A stretch of 64,000 nucleotides of DNA from an uncultured Erysipelotrichaceae bacterium (GTDB taxonomy: Bacteria; Bacillota_I; Bacilli_A; RFN20; CAG-826), in assembly GCA_902791935.1 (NCBI GenBank), contig CADAXQ010000007.1:2338-66337 (forward strand), in the 5' to 3' direction. The translations under genes and the position numbers were made by a program. Below, in pieces: positions 7,179 to 15,986 of this stretch. The first letter of the stretch is position 1; each line of letters starts with the position of its first letter. The notes beneath the pieces are model-generated. The model was not told the DNA's origin and did not search any database. It worked only from the letters and a program-made list of their open reading frames with translations.

Positions 7179-10118
7179 ATGGCAAAAGAAGAAGGCTACT
7201 CACTAGGTATTGATGTTGGCTCAACGACCGTGAAAGCGGTGCTCCGTGACCCGAACGGGAAGATTCTCTACGCTTCCTATGTACGGCATTTCGCGAAGGT
7301 AAGAGAAACATCGTTAGAAGAAATCCAAAAAATCCGGCAACAGTTTGGGGATTTGTCGGTTCATTTTGCCTTTACGGGCTCTGCTGGTTTAGGGCTTGCT
7401 GAGCGGAGTGATCTTCCGTTTGTGCAAGAAGTGCAAGCGGCTTATACCACGATGAAGCGGCTTTACCCACAAGCGGATGCCGCGATTGAACTAGGGGGAG
7501 AAGATGCCAAGATTATCTTTGTCGCCGGTGGGTTAGAAGAACGGATGAATGGCCAATGTGCCGGTGGCACAGGTGCCTTCATCGATCAGATGGCTACGTT
7601 ATTAAACGTAACGCTGCCCGAGATGGATCAAATGGCCTTAAAAGCTGAGAAAGCTTACCCCATCGCTTCTCGTTGCGGTGTCTTTGCCAAATCCGATGTC
7701 CAATCCTTATTAAACCAAGGGGCTTCGAAAGAAGATGTCGCCTTATCGATTTTCTATGCCGTTGCCGATCAAACCGTAGCCGGTCTTGCCCAAGGAAGAG
7801 AAATCAAAGGGCACGTCTTGTTCTTAGGCGGCCCGTTACATTTCTTAAAGGGGCTCCGGAAAGCGTTCCAACAACGGCTTTCTTTAGATGATGAATCCGT
7901 CATCTTCCCTGAAGATGCCGACACATTTATGGCCAAGGGAGCAGCCTTAGCCGCATTAGAATTACCCAATATAGTCCCGTTATCTTGCTTAGAAGATAAG
8001 CTAAAGAACACGCCGATGAACGGGGCCGTGATGACCGGAAAGCCATTATTCCAAGACGAACAAGACTATCAAAATCTCTTGGCCGCTCATAAAGACTTCG
8101 ATATTGTTCGGGGCGACTTAAAAACCTATCAAGGCAAAGCTTACTTAGGTATCGATGCCGGATCCACAACCACAAAATTGGTCTTACTGGGGGAACATAA
8201 TGAAATCCTTTACGATCATTACGAGGCCAACCTTGGCTTGCCGATTGACCGTATCGTCAATCAATTAAAGATTATCTATGCCGAAAAGAACCCCCAATGT
8301 GAGATTGTGGGTTCTGCCGTCACGGGCTATGGGGAAGATTTAATCCGCACCGCGTTACATGTCGACTATGGCATGGTAGAGACGGTGGCCCATTTCCAAG
8401 CGGCCAAATATTACGAACCCGATGTGAACTTCGTGCTGGATATCGGGGGACAAGACATCAAATGTTTTAACGTCAAGCAAGGCGCGATTGATTCGATTAT
8501 GTTAAACGAAGCCTGTTCTTCGGGTTGTGGCTCTTTCTTACAAACTTTTGCGCAAAGCTTAGGCTATGACGTAGAAACGTTTGCTAAGATGGCATACTTT
8601 GCGAAACATCCGGTGGAGCTCGGAAGCCGTTGCACCGTCTTTATGAATAGTTCCGTCAAACAAGCACAAAGAGAAGGGGCGTCCATTGAAGACATCTCGG
8701 CCGGTCTTTGCCGTTCCGTCGTGAAGAATGCGTTATACAAAGTAATCCGAATTCATTCCGCGAGCGAATTAGGAGACAAGATTGTCTGCCAGGGTGGCAC
8801 CTTCTTAAACAATGCGGTGCTACGTTCGTTTGAGCAAGAAATCGGAAAAACGGTTATTCGTCCTTCTATCGCTGGATTGATGGGCGCATTTGGCGCTGCT
8901 TTGACCGCAAAACGAAAAGGCGGTGAAAAAGGCTTAATCCGCGAAGAAGAGCTACAAAACTTCTCTTATTCTTCGACCCATTCTACCTGCCATGGATGTG
9001 GCGCGCATTGTCCTTTAACGTTCCTTCGTTTCCCGAACGGCCGGATTTTCCTGTCGGGCAACAAATGCGATAAACCAGAAGGCAAGAAAGCCTCTTCTGG
9101 TGAACTAGACATTTATCTCTGGAAACGGGAACGATTAATGCAGCTACTGCCATCCCCTTCTTCTTCCATCAAAGTGGGTATTCCAATGGGCTTAGTCATG
9201 TGGGAACAACTTCCGTTCTGGGATGCGTTCTTTAAGCATTTAGGCTGGGATACCATCGTTTCTCCGTTTTCCACACGTGCCATGTATCGCGCCGGTCAAA
9301 AGACCATCCCTTCGGATACGGCATGCTACCCTGCCAAACTCATGCATGGCCATGCCGATTATTTGTTAAAACAAAACCCCACGTTCGTGTTTTATCCATC
9401 GGAATCCTACAACGTGAATGAAAAACGCGGCGACAACCATTTTAACTGCCCTGTGGTGGCTTATTACGGTGAGCTTTTAAAGAAGAACGACATTCGTTTT
9501 GAGACGACTCCCTTGTTGGATCCTTTTGTGGATTTATCGCGTCCGAAGAAAGCAATAGATACCTTAGAAAAAACGTTCAAACCATATGGCGTTTCTAAAA
9601 AAGACGTGAGAAATGCATTTGATTTTGCGATTTCTATGTATGAATCTTATCGAAATGACACCCAAGCGAAAGCCAAAGAAATAATAGATAAAGCCAGAAA
9701 AGAACATAAGACCATTGTTGTCTTAGCAGGACGTCCATATCACGTGGATCCCGAAGTCAGTCATGGCATTGAACGATTATTGGATTCGTTAGGCGTTGCT
9801 GTGGTCAGCGAGGATTCTTTGCGGTATGAGAACGCCCCTAAAACGCATGCTCATGTTTTGAATCAATGGACATTCCATGCCAGACTTTACGACGCGGCAA
9901 ACTATGTGGCGAAGCAACCTGATATGGAGCTCGTTCAACTGATTTCGTTCGGCTGCGGCATCGACGCGATTACTTCGGATGAAGTACGGCGCATCTTAGA
10001 AAATCAAGGCAAGCTATATACCGGCATCAAGATTGATGAAATCAATAACTTAGGTGCCGTTCGAATTCGTTTACGAAGCTTATTAGCGGCAGTAGAGGAG
10101 AAACACCATGAGTCGTGA
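7179..10118 (+). CDS. Double BcrAD/BadFG-type ATPase (CoA-enzyme activase) fused to a DUF2229-like C-terminal domain
   Basis: Two actin-fold ATPase repeats (GIDVGSTTVKAV at aa 10, GIDAGSTTTKLV at aa ~325). A Cys cluster CHGCGAHC follows, and the C-terminal half resembles a dehydratase component. Confidence 0.75.
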   Translation: MAKEEGYSLGIDVGSTTVKAVLRDPNGKILYASYVRHFAKVRETSLEEIQKIRQQFGDLSVHFAFTGSAGLGLAERSDLPFVQEVQAAYTTMKRLYPQADAAIELGGEDAKIIFVAGGLEERMNGQCAGGTGAFIDQMATLLNVTLPEMDQMALKAEKAYPIASRCGVFAKSDVQSLLNQGASKEDVALSIFYAVADQTVAGLAQGREIKGHVLFLGGPLHFLKGLRKAFQQRLSLDDESVIFPEDADTFMAKGAALAALELPNIVPLSCLEDKLKNTPMNGAVMTGKPLFQDEQDYQNLLAAHKDFDIVRGDLKTYQGKAYLGIDAGSTTTKLVLLGEHNEILYDHYEANLGLPIDRIVNQLKIIYAEKNPQCEIVGSAVTGYGEDLIRTALHVDYGMVETVAHFQAAKYYEPDVNFVLDIGGQDIKCFNVKQGAIDSIMLNEACSSGCGSFLQTFAQSLGYDVETFAKMAYFAKHPVELGSRCTVFMNSSVKQAQREGASIEDISAGLCRSVVKNALYKVIRIHSASELGDKIVCQGGTFLNNAVLRSFEQEIGKTVIRPSIAGLMGAFGAALTAKRKGGEKGLIREEELQNFSYSSTHSTCHGCGAHCPLTFLRFPNGRIFLSGNKCDKPEGKKASSGELDIYLWKRERLMQLLPSPSSSIKVGIPMGLVMWEQLPFWDAFFKHLGWDTIVSPFSTRAMYRAGQKTIPSDTACYPAKLMHGHADYLLKQNPTFVFYPSESYNVNEKRGDNHFNCPVVAYYGELLKKNDIRFETTPLLDPFVDLSRPKKAIDTLEKTFKPYGVSKKDVRNAFDFAISMYESYRNDTQAKAKEIIDKARKEHKTIVVLAGRPYHVDPEVSHGIERLLDSLGVAVVSEDSLRYENAPKTHAHVLNQWTFHARLYDAANYVAKQPDMELVQLISFGCGIDAITSDEVRRILENQGKLYTGIKIDEINNLGAVRIRLRSLLAAVEEKHHES

Positions 10119-11331
10119 ACGGAGAAAGTTTTTCCGAAAGCTAGAAAAAGAGCATTACACGATTCTGATTCCGGACATGTGCCCGATTCAAATCGGGATT
10201 TTAGCTCGTGTTTTAGCCAAGGACGGAATGAATTTAGTGGTGGTAACCCCGAAGGATCGTGGCGCGAAGGATGAGGGATTAGCCTCCATTCACAATGACG
10301 CCTGCTATCCTGCCTTAATTACCTGCGGCGCCTTTGTCGAAGCGTTAAAGAGTGGCAAATACGATTTAAACCACACCTGCGTCTTAATGACCCAAACCGG
10401 TGGCGGATGCCGTGCTTCGAATTACATCGCGTTATACCGCAAAGCATTTGAAAAAGAATTCCCAACCGTACCTGTCTTATCTCTCAATTTCTCGGGCTTA
10501 GAGAAAGACTTCTCTTTGCCGATTGGACCAAAACGGGCGATTAACCTCTATATGGCCGTCCTTTATGGTGATTTCTTGATGAACTTAGTCAATCAATCTC
10601 GGCCATATTACGGGGACGAAAAAACCAACGCCGCCTTAGAAGATTGCTTAAATGCATTAGATGCCGAGATCGGTCATTTGTCCTTCTTAAAGATCAAGAA
10701 GAACTACCAAATGATATTGAACCGTTTCCAGGAATTGGAACCTCCCGAAGAACGGAAGCCACGGGTTGCCATTGTTGGTGAGATTTTTGTGAAATACTCA
10801 CCTTATGCGAATAACCATTTAAAAGACTTCTTGGTCAAACAAGGCACCGAAGTCGTGGAACCATCCTTAAATGAGTTCTTGCTTTATTGCATCTATAACG
10901 CGATTAATGATAACCGCTTATATGGCAGCAATAAGGGGAGCGTTGGCCTTTATTGCTTTGCCTATCGAAAGGCCTTAAAACTCACTAGACAAGCGAACGC
11001 CATGTTAAAAGGTACCAGATTTAACCCATTTGAAGACTTTGAAGAAATACCGCAGAACGCCACCGAAGTCATCTCTACCGGCGTCAAAATGGGGGAAGGT
11101 TGGTTGATCCCAGGTGAAATGGTCACGTTCTCCAAACACGGCATCAAAAACATCGTGGTGGTGCAGCCTTTCGGTTGTTTGCCAAACCACATCGTTGGGA
11201 AAGGTATGATCCGTCCCGTCAAAGAACGTTATCCCGATGAGAACATCGTGCCCTTGGACTTCGATGCCTCTTCCACGCAAGTCAATCAAGAGAACCGTTT
11301 AAAATTGATGTTGGCAAACATCCAAAAATAG
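10108..11331 (+). CDS. 2-hydroxyacyl-CoA dehydratase-like / DUF2229 family protein
   Basis: It overlaps the activase gene by 11 nt. Conserved segments include NDACYPALI, TQTGGGCRASNY and VQPFGCLPNH. Confidence 0.65.
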   Translation: MSRERRKFFRKLEKEHYTILIPDMCPIQIGILARVLAKDGMNLVVVTPKDRGAKDEGLASIHNDACYPALITCGAFVEALKSGKYDLNHTCVLMTQTGGGCRASNYIALYRKAFEKEFPTVPVLSLNFSGLEKDFSLPIGPKRAINLYMAVLYGDFLMNLVNQSRPYYGDEKTNAALEDCLNALDAEIGHLSFLKIKKNYQMILNRFQELEPPEERKPRVAIVGEIFVKYSPYANNHLKDFLVKQGTEVVEPSLNEFLLYCIYNAINDNRLYGSNKGSVGLYCFAYRKALKLTRQANAMLKGTRFNPFEDFEEIPQNATEVISTGVKMGEGWLIPGEMVTFSKHGIKNIVVVQPFGCLPNHIVGKGMIRPVKERYPDENIVPLDFDASSTQVNQENRLKLMLANIQK

Positions 11332-11335
11332 AAAA

Positions 11336-11365
11336 AAGGCGACAATATCGCCTTTTCCTTTTTCT
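11336..11365. terminator. Bidirectional intrinsic terminator
   Basis: Stem aaggcga (11336-11342) / tcgcctt (11348-11354) with a 5-nt loop. It is flanked by an A-run upstream and a T-rich run downstream, so either strand reads hairpin plus U-tract. Confidence 0.7.
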
Positions 11366-11546
11366 TTCGCCAGCAGGAATATTTCGTTTCCTCTTAGAGA
11401 GAGGTGGTATCCATGGTCGCCCGTTAGGATTCCTGAATCTATTCTTTCGAACAGTCAGGCTTTCAACACAGGGGTCTCCCGTCAGGATGCCTAAAACATG
11501 AGTTGTAGGGGAACATGCTTCCTGTCTGGTGGCTAGTTACCCAGCA
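11336..11546 (-). ncRNA. Candidate stand-alone structured small RNA (~210 nt), class unknown
   Basis: On the minus strand, TATAAT (complement of 11552-11557) sits about 210 nt upstream of the strong terminator at 11336-11365. A long-range helix pairs 11369-11379 with 11519-11533. Two 20-nt copies (17/20 identical) lie at 11415-11434 and 11473-11492, each carrying a GNRA-capped mini-hairpin. There is no ORF. Confidence 0.35.
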
Positions 11547-11780
11547 CCCTTATTATAGCGTGTTTTTTGACTTGTACAGGGGGAATTCTTGACGTTGACC
11601 AAACGATGACGTTTACGTTTTTATCGCTTCCATAGACCGCAAAGGTATTTTAGAAAGTAAGCGCTTTCATGTAATGACGGGTCAAAAATTTTTTTGTGAT
11701 ATGATTTGTTAAAAGTTATATAAAACTAACAATAAGAATAAAACATCGTTATAATCATAGATAGTTAAAATAGACTAATT

Positions 11781-12059
11781 ATGGAATCAAATAATCAAGT
11801 GGAATTCATCTTAAAAATCGATGGCATGCATTGCCCGATGTGTGAAGAGCATGTGAATAACGTTATCCGCAAAGTGGAAGGGGTGAAGAAAGTCAATGCT
11901 TCATACCGGAAGAGCCAGGCCGATATTGTGATGGCTGCAGATACGGATCGTAACGTCATCTTAGAAGCGGTGCAAAGCCAGGGATACCGTGTCTTAGGGC
12001 AAGAAGAAAAACCCTACGTCAAGAAATCGATTTTCTCGATTTTCCATCATAAAAAATAG
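11781..12059 (+). CDS. Heavy-metal-associated (HMA) domain metallochaperone, CopZ-like
   Basis: A 92-aa protein with an MHCPMCEEHV metal-binding CxxC at the start of a ferredoxin-like fold. No P-type ATPase gene is adjacent. Confidence 0.7.
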   Translation: MESNNQVEFILKIDGMHCPMCEEHVNNVIRKVEGVKKVNASYRKSQADIVMAADTDRNVILEAVQSQGYRVLGQEEKPYVKKSIFSIFHHKK

Positions 12060-12134
12060 AAAATACCCAGCAAAACGCCTGAGAAATAATGTAATGGCTA
12101 CTTGTATGGGTAGCTTTTTTCTTTTTCTATAGAC

Positions 12135-12168
12135 AACAAAAAAGAGCTGGCGAACCAGCCCTTTTTCG
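12135..12168. terminator. Bidirectional terminator between the HMA gene and the feo operon
   Basis: Stem gctgg (12146-12150) / ccagc (12155-12159) with loop cgaa. An A-run precedes it and ccttttt follows it. Confidence 0.5.
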
Positions 12169-12187
12169 GTATAAAGGGGGGATAAAA

Positions 12188-12406
12188 TCAAGGTAAGGAA
12201 GAATCGGTCTCTTTGGCTTTTTCTTTGGCTTCTGCCTTTTTCTGAATCTTATAAAGACGAACTAAGTCTTTTCCAGAGAGGCGGCAATCTTCTTCTAAAA
12301 TCCGTCGGCCATGTCGTTTGAGATGGATCCAGTAAGCCAAGACGGCAAGGAATCCCAAAACAGCAAGGACGATAATGAGGTAGACATACCAAGCCATAGG
12401 GGTCAA
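12188..12406 (-). CDS. Small single-pass membrane protein encoded immediately downstream of feoB
   Basis: 72 aa with an N-terminal TM helix (WYVYLIIVLAVLGFLAVLAYWI) and a Lys/Glu-rich tail. It starts 6 nt after the feoB stop, with no clear SD. Confidence 0.45.
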   Translation of the reverse strand: MTPMAWYVYLIIVLAVLGFLAVLAYWIHLKRHGRRILEEDCRLSGKDLVRLYKIQKKAEAKEKAKETDSSLP

Positions 12407-12412
12407 CCGCGA

Positions 12413-14755
12413 TTAGTTCGCGGCAGCCTCCTTGGCATTCATACGGCCATTGTAGACATAAACTCCGACAAAGACCAAGGCAAGAACCGGAAGCGTGATG
12501 GCTAAGGTCCAAACCCATTCGAGCGTAATGTAAGTGACACATCCTGCAATGTAAGAGGTTACCAGCCAGAAGACTAACGTACCGATGTAGGATTTCCGGT
12601 CAGGAAGTTCGCCTTTGGCCGTACCAACCGACGCAAAGCAAGGAATGGTCGTCATATTGAAGACGGCAAAAGCCGTTAAGCTTGCGGCATCGATGTGCCC
12701 ACCCGTTAAATTCGAAGCGGCCACAATATCGGCAAAGGATCCCGTTAATTCAACACCGTTTTGGGTCAACGCATTGGTGACGGAGCTTAACGCCGAGAAT
12801 TGTTCCAAAGCAGAGGTGACGTTTTCCTTCGCCACGATACCTTGAATCGAAGCGACAGAGTACATCCATCCCATATTGCCGCCTTGGACATTGCCAAAGC
12901 CCATTGGGGTGAATAATGGAGCGATAATCATACCGATATGAGCAAGGATCGAATAGGAATCATCTAAGCCTTCCGCAGACGGAATGAAGATCCAGTTCGG
13001 GGTGAAGGAAGATAAGAACCAAATGACAACGGTGGAAGCAAAGATGATGGTGAAGGCTTTCTTGAGATAATGTTTGCCCTTATCCCAAACGTGGATCGCC
13101 AAAGCGTGGGGTTGCGGTCTATGATAGGCCGGAAGTTCCATGATAAACGGCGGCACTTTTTCACGTTGTGTCGTGTGATTCATGACAATCACCGCGGCAA
13201 TCGCGATAGCCACGCCGACTAAGTAGATGAGGAAGACGAATAAACCAGCATCAAAGCCAATCGCGGTAGCAACCGCAGCGGCGATGACGGCTAAGAATTC
13301 CGATTTTGCCCCACAGGTGAAGAAAGGGATCACACGGATGGTCTTGATTCTTTCCTTATCGGAAGACAACGTTCTGGTGTTAATCATGGCGGGAACGGCG
13401 CAGCCAAATCCCATGAACATCGGGATGAAGGCACGTCCAGAGACACCGAAACGGCGGAAAATACGATCTAATACGAAGGCAACACGGGCCATGTAGCCAG
13501 AATCTTCGAGAATGGCAAAGAAGAAGAACAAAACCATGATTAACGGAACAAATCCAATACAGGAAGAGATACCGTTCAAGATGCCATCATAGAAGAAACT
13601 CGTCAACCATTCCGGACTGCCGCCCATTTCAAGCAGTTGTTTGATGCCGATGCAAATCATGCCTTGGATGCCGGCATCATTGCCAGAACCAATTAAATTC
13701 TGGAAGATAACACCGAGAGAGTTAATCCCGTCCGCGCTATAGAACAATCCGGCGAAGGGATAGAATTCTTCTCCGTCGACGCTCCAATGGATGAATCCAG
13801 GATAGCCATCCCCGAAATCGACTCCCATCGCATGGAGATAGAAAAGGTCGGTAGAGAACGTGAAGTGGAAGACGAGAAACAGGATAGCAATCATAATCGG
13901 GATTGCCGCCCATTTATTCGTTAAGACGCGGTCGATTTTATCGGAACGTGATAACTTTTTCTTTTCGTGTTTAGGTGCGCCTTTCCGATAGATAGAAAGA
14001 TGAGAAGTGATGAATTGATAACGTTCATCCGCGCTTTGCGATTCGAAATCTTCCGTATTGGGCGCGAATTTATGAACGGCTTCATACACTTCTGGGAATT
14101 GTTTTTGCTCGAGTTCATCGCCTTCTAACGCTTTGACGGCGTGGAATAATGGGTTCGAGGCTTCGGCGTTTTGATAGATTTCTTTGGCTTGCCGTATCTT
14201 TTCTTGATCAGTACCTTTCACCCAGCAAGAAACAGCAGCACGTTTGGTGGAAGCAGCTTTTTCCACAGCGTCCATCAAATCTTCCAAATTGCGGTTCCGT
14301 AATGCGGAAACACCAACAACAGGTAAGCCTAACGCTTTGGAAAGACCTTTCACATCGACGGTTTGACCGTTTTCTTCGAGCGCGTCCATCATGTTTAAGG
14401 CAACAACGATAGGCACGTCCATTTCCATCAACTGTGTGGTGAGATAAAGGTTACGTTCAAGGTTAGTTACGTCAATGACATCGACCACGACATCCGGTTT
14501 CTCATCCAAGACGTAGTTCCGAGAAATGACTTCTTCGGACGTATATGGCGACATCGAGTAGATGCCAGGAAGGTCAACGACTTCGACTTCGTAGCCACGT
14601 TTTTTGTTTTTGTAGACACCACTCCGTTTTTCAACGGTGACACCGGGCCAGTTCCCGACATAGGCAGTGCTGCCCGTCAAAGAATTGAACAAGGTGGTTT
14701 TGCCACTATTGGGGTTACCTGCAAGGGCAATACGAATACGTTTTTTGTCTTCCAT
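12413..14755 (-). CDS. feoB: Ferrous iron transporter FeoB
   Basis: N-terminal G-domain (GNPNSGKTTLFNSLTG, DLPGIYS) followed by a polytopic membrane domain; 780 aa. Confidence 0.95.
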   Translation of the reverse strand: MEDKKRIRIALAGNPNSGKTTLFNSLTGSTAYVGNWPGVTVEKRSGVYKNKKRGYEVEVVDLPGIYSMSPYTSEEVISRNYVLDEKPDVVVDVIDVTNLERNLYLTTQLMEMDVPIVVALNMMDALEENGQTVDVKGLSKALGLPVVGVSALRNRNLEDLMDAVEKAASTKRAAVSCWVKGTDQEKIRQAKEIYQNAEASNPLFHAVKALEGDELEQKQFPEVYEAVHKFAPNTEDFESQSADERYQFITSHLSIYRKGAPKHEKKKLSRSDKIDRVLTNKWAAIPIMIAILFLVFHFTFSTDLFYLHAMGVDFGDGYPGFIHWSVDGEEFYPFAGLFYSADGINSLGVIFQNLIGSGNDAGIQGMICIGIKQLLEMGGSPEWLTSFFYDGILNGISSCIGFVPLIMVLFFFFAILEDSGYMARVAFVLDRIFRRFGVSGRAFIPMFMGFGCAVPAMINTRTLSSDKERIKTIRVIPFFTCGAKSEFLAVIAAAVATAIGFDAGLFVFLIYLVGVAIAIAAVIVMNHTTQREKVPPFIMELPAYHRPQPHALAIHVWDKGKHYLKKAFTIIFASTVVIWFLSSFTPNWIFIPSAEGLDDSYSILAHIGMIIAPLFTPMGFGNVQGGNMGWMYSVASIQGIVAKENVTSALEQFSALSSVTNALTQNGVELTGSFADIVAASNLTGGHIDAASLTAFAVFNMTTIPCFASVGTAKGELPDRKSYIGTLVFWLVTSYIAGCVTYITLEWVWTLAITLPVLALVFVGVYVYNGRMNAKEAAAN

Positions 14756-14760
14756 ACTCG

Positions 14761-15084
14761 TTATTTCGCCCCCGTTTCGTCTTTCACTGACAAATCTGTG
14801 ATTTTCATGATCACGCGAGACGCCTCATCCTTCCTTAACGTTAACTCATAGCCCCGCAACGTCACTTCTAATGGGTCTCCTAACGGTGCCTTCTTTCGCA
14901 AGAAGACTTCGGCGCCTGGGGTTAGCCCCATATCGAAAAGACGACGTTTAATCCGTCCTTCTCCTTCGACACGGACAATTACTCCAGTCATGCCGATTCG
15001 AATTGCATTCAAGGCTGCCTCATCTCCAATTTTGTAGGTGATTTCTTGGGGATTTTGGCTTTGAATCTTGTCGTTTTCCGACAT
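14761..15084 (-). CDS. feoA: FeoA-domain protein
   Basis: SH3-like FeoA motif (RRLFDMGLTPGAEVFL...GDPLEV), directly upstream of feoB. Confidence 0.85.
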   Translation of the reverse strand: MSENDKIQSQNPQEITYKIGDEAALNAIRIGMTGVIVRVEGEGRIKRRLFDMGLTPGAEVFLRKKAPLGDPLEVTLRGYELTLRKDEASRVIMKITDLSVKDETGAK

Positions 15085-15102
15085 TTGAAAACCTCCTACT
15101 GC

Positions 15103-15321
15103 TTATGCAACAACGACGGAAATTGCTTTTGCCAAATTAATATCAAGTGCTAAACGACTATCGCCTACCCGCAAAATCACACCACTCGGCTCAGAAGAAA
15201 GTACACGGCAATGCATTGCCGGCACGATGCCGAGCTCACGAAGATGTTGGATGGTTTTGTCGGTTCCATGTACGTGAAGTATCATGAGATCCGTATCCGT
15301 TGGCGCAAGTAATATTGGCAT
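15103..15321 (-). CDS. feoA: FeoA-domain protein (second copy)
   Basis: 72 aa with LRELGIVPAMHCRVL...GVILRVGDSRLAL. It is the first gene of the feo operon and has an SD aaggaa upstream. Confidence 0.8.
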   Translation of the reverse strand: MPILLAPTDTDLMILHVHGTDKTIQHLRELGIVPAMHCRVLSSEPSGVILRVGDSRLALDINLAKAISVVVA

Positions 15322-15368
15322 AGTTAGTATTTCCTTACTTATTGAGTATCTAACAAATAAAATGCACT

Positions 15369-15380
15369 TTCAATATTGAA
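15369..15380. promoter_or_regulatory. Perfect 12-bp palindrome TTCAATATTGAA in the divergent feoA / glycosylase promoter region (candidate operator)
   Basis: The palindrome is read directly from the sequence and lies about 50 nt upstream of the feoA start. Confidence 0.35.
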
Positions 15381-15443
15381 GTTAGTTTTAATTAACCGTA
15401 AGCGTTTTCATTCTTTTACTAAAAGCCTTATATAATCAAAGAG

Positions 15444-15953
15444 ATGAAACCGACATTTGTTTCTCACAAAGATTTGCCACCTTTTGTTCCCGTAGGAGCA
15501 AAAGTTCTTATCTTAGGTTCCTTACCGTCTGTCGCTTCTCGGGAGGCTGGTTTTTATTACATGCATCCCACCAACCGTTTTTACGCGACACTCGCAGGAC
15601 TATGGCAAGAAGCGGTTCCTCTATCGGTAGAAGAACGGAAACAATTTCTAACAAAGCACGGGATTGCTTTATATGACACGATTGAATCTTGTGAGATTGT
15701 AGGTTCGAGCGATAGCAGCATTCGTTCTGTGGTTTCGGCAAAGCAAACCATCGAGAAGATTGAGGCTAAGCAGAAGTTACCGGTTTTCACAACAGGCAAG
15801 AAAGCCCATGCGATTTATCAAAAATATATTGGGAACAATGACGTTGTTTTGCCTTCTCCCAGCGCCGCGAATGCCGCCTTCTCCTTAGAAGACTTAAAGA
15901 TCGCTTATCGGGTTTTGCTTCCTTTCCTCGAGGAAGAAAAGAAGAAGTGTTAG
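15444..15953 (+). CDS. DNA-deoxyinosine (hypoxanthine) glycosylase, UDG family 6-like
   Basis: ILGSLPSVASREAGFYYMHPTNRFY is the typical motif of this UDG-superfamily branch; 169 aa. Confidence 0.7.
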   Translation: MKPTFVSHKDLPPFVPVGAKVLILGSLPSVASREAGFYYMHPTNRFYATLAGLWQEAVPLSVEERKQFLTKHGIALYDTIESCEIVGSSDSSIRSVVSAKQTIEKIEAKQKLPVFTTGKKAHAIYQKYIGNNDVVLPSPSAANAAFSLEDLKIAYRVLLPFLEEEKKKC

Positions 15954-15986
15954 AATCATTGCGAGCAAAAAGCAGGTTTGTAAGTT

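Noticed and set aside
11336-11546. Assignment of the candidate RNA to SRP RNA, 6S RNA, tmRNA, RNase P RNA or the guanidine-II riboswitch.
   Set aside because: The SRP helix-8 motif (GGAAGCAGC after a GNRA loop with matching 5' strand), the RNase P GAGGAAAGUCC and the tmRNA features are absent. The ACGG-containing repeats do not form the ACGR-loop hairpins of mini-ykkC. The class is left open.
12249-12542. ORFs 12249-12542 (-) and 12311-12505 (+) overlapping the feoB 3' end and the small membrane-protein gene.
   Set aside because: They overlap better-supported genes in other frames, are Cys/Arg-rich, and have no initiation signals.
15954-15986. T-box leaders upstream of trpS (and of cysS at 60028-60043).
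   Set aside because: The intergenic gaps are only ~33 nt and ~10-16 nt, far too short for a T-box element of 200 nt or more.
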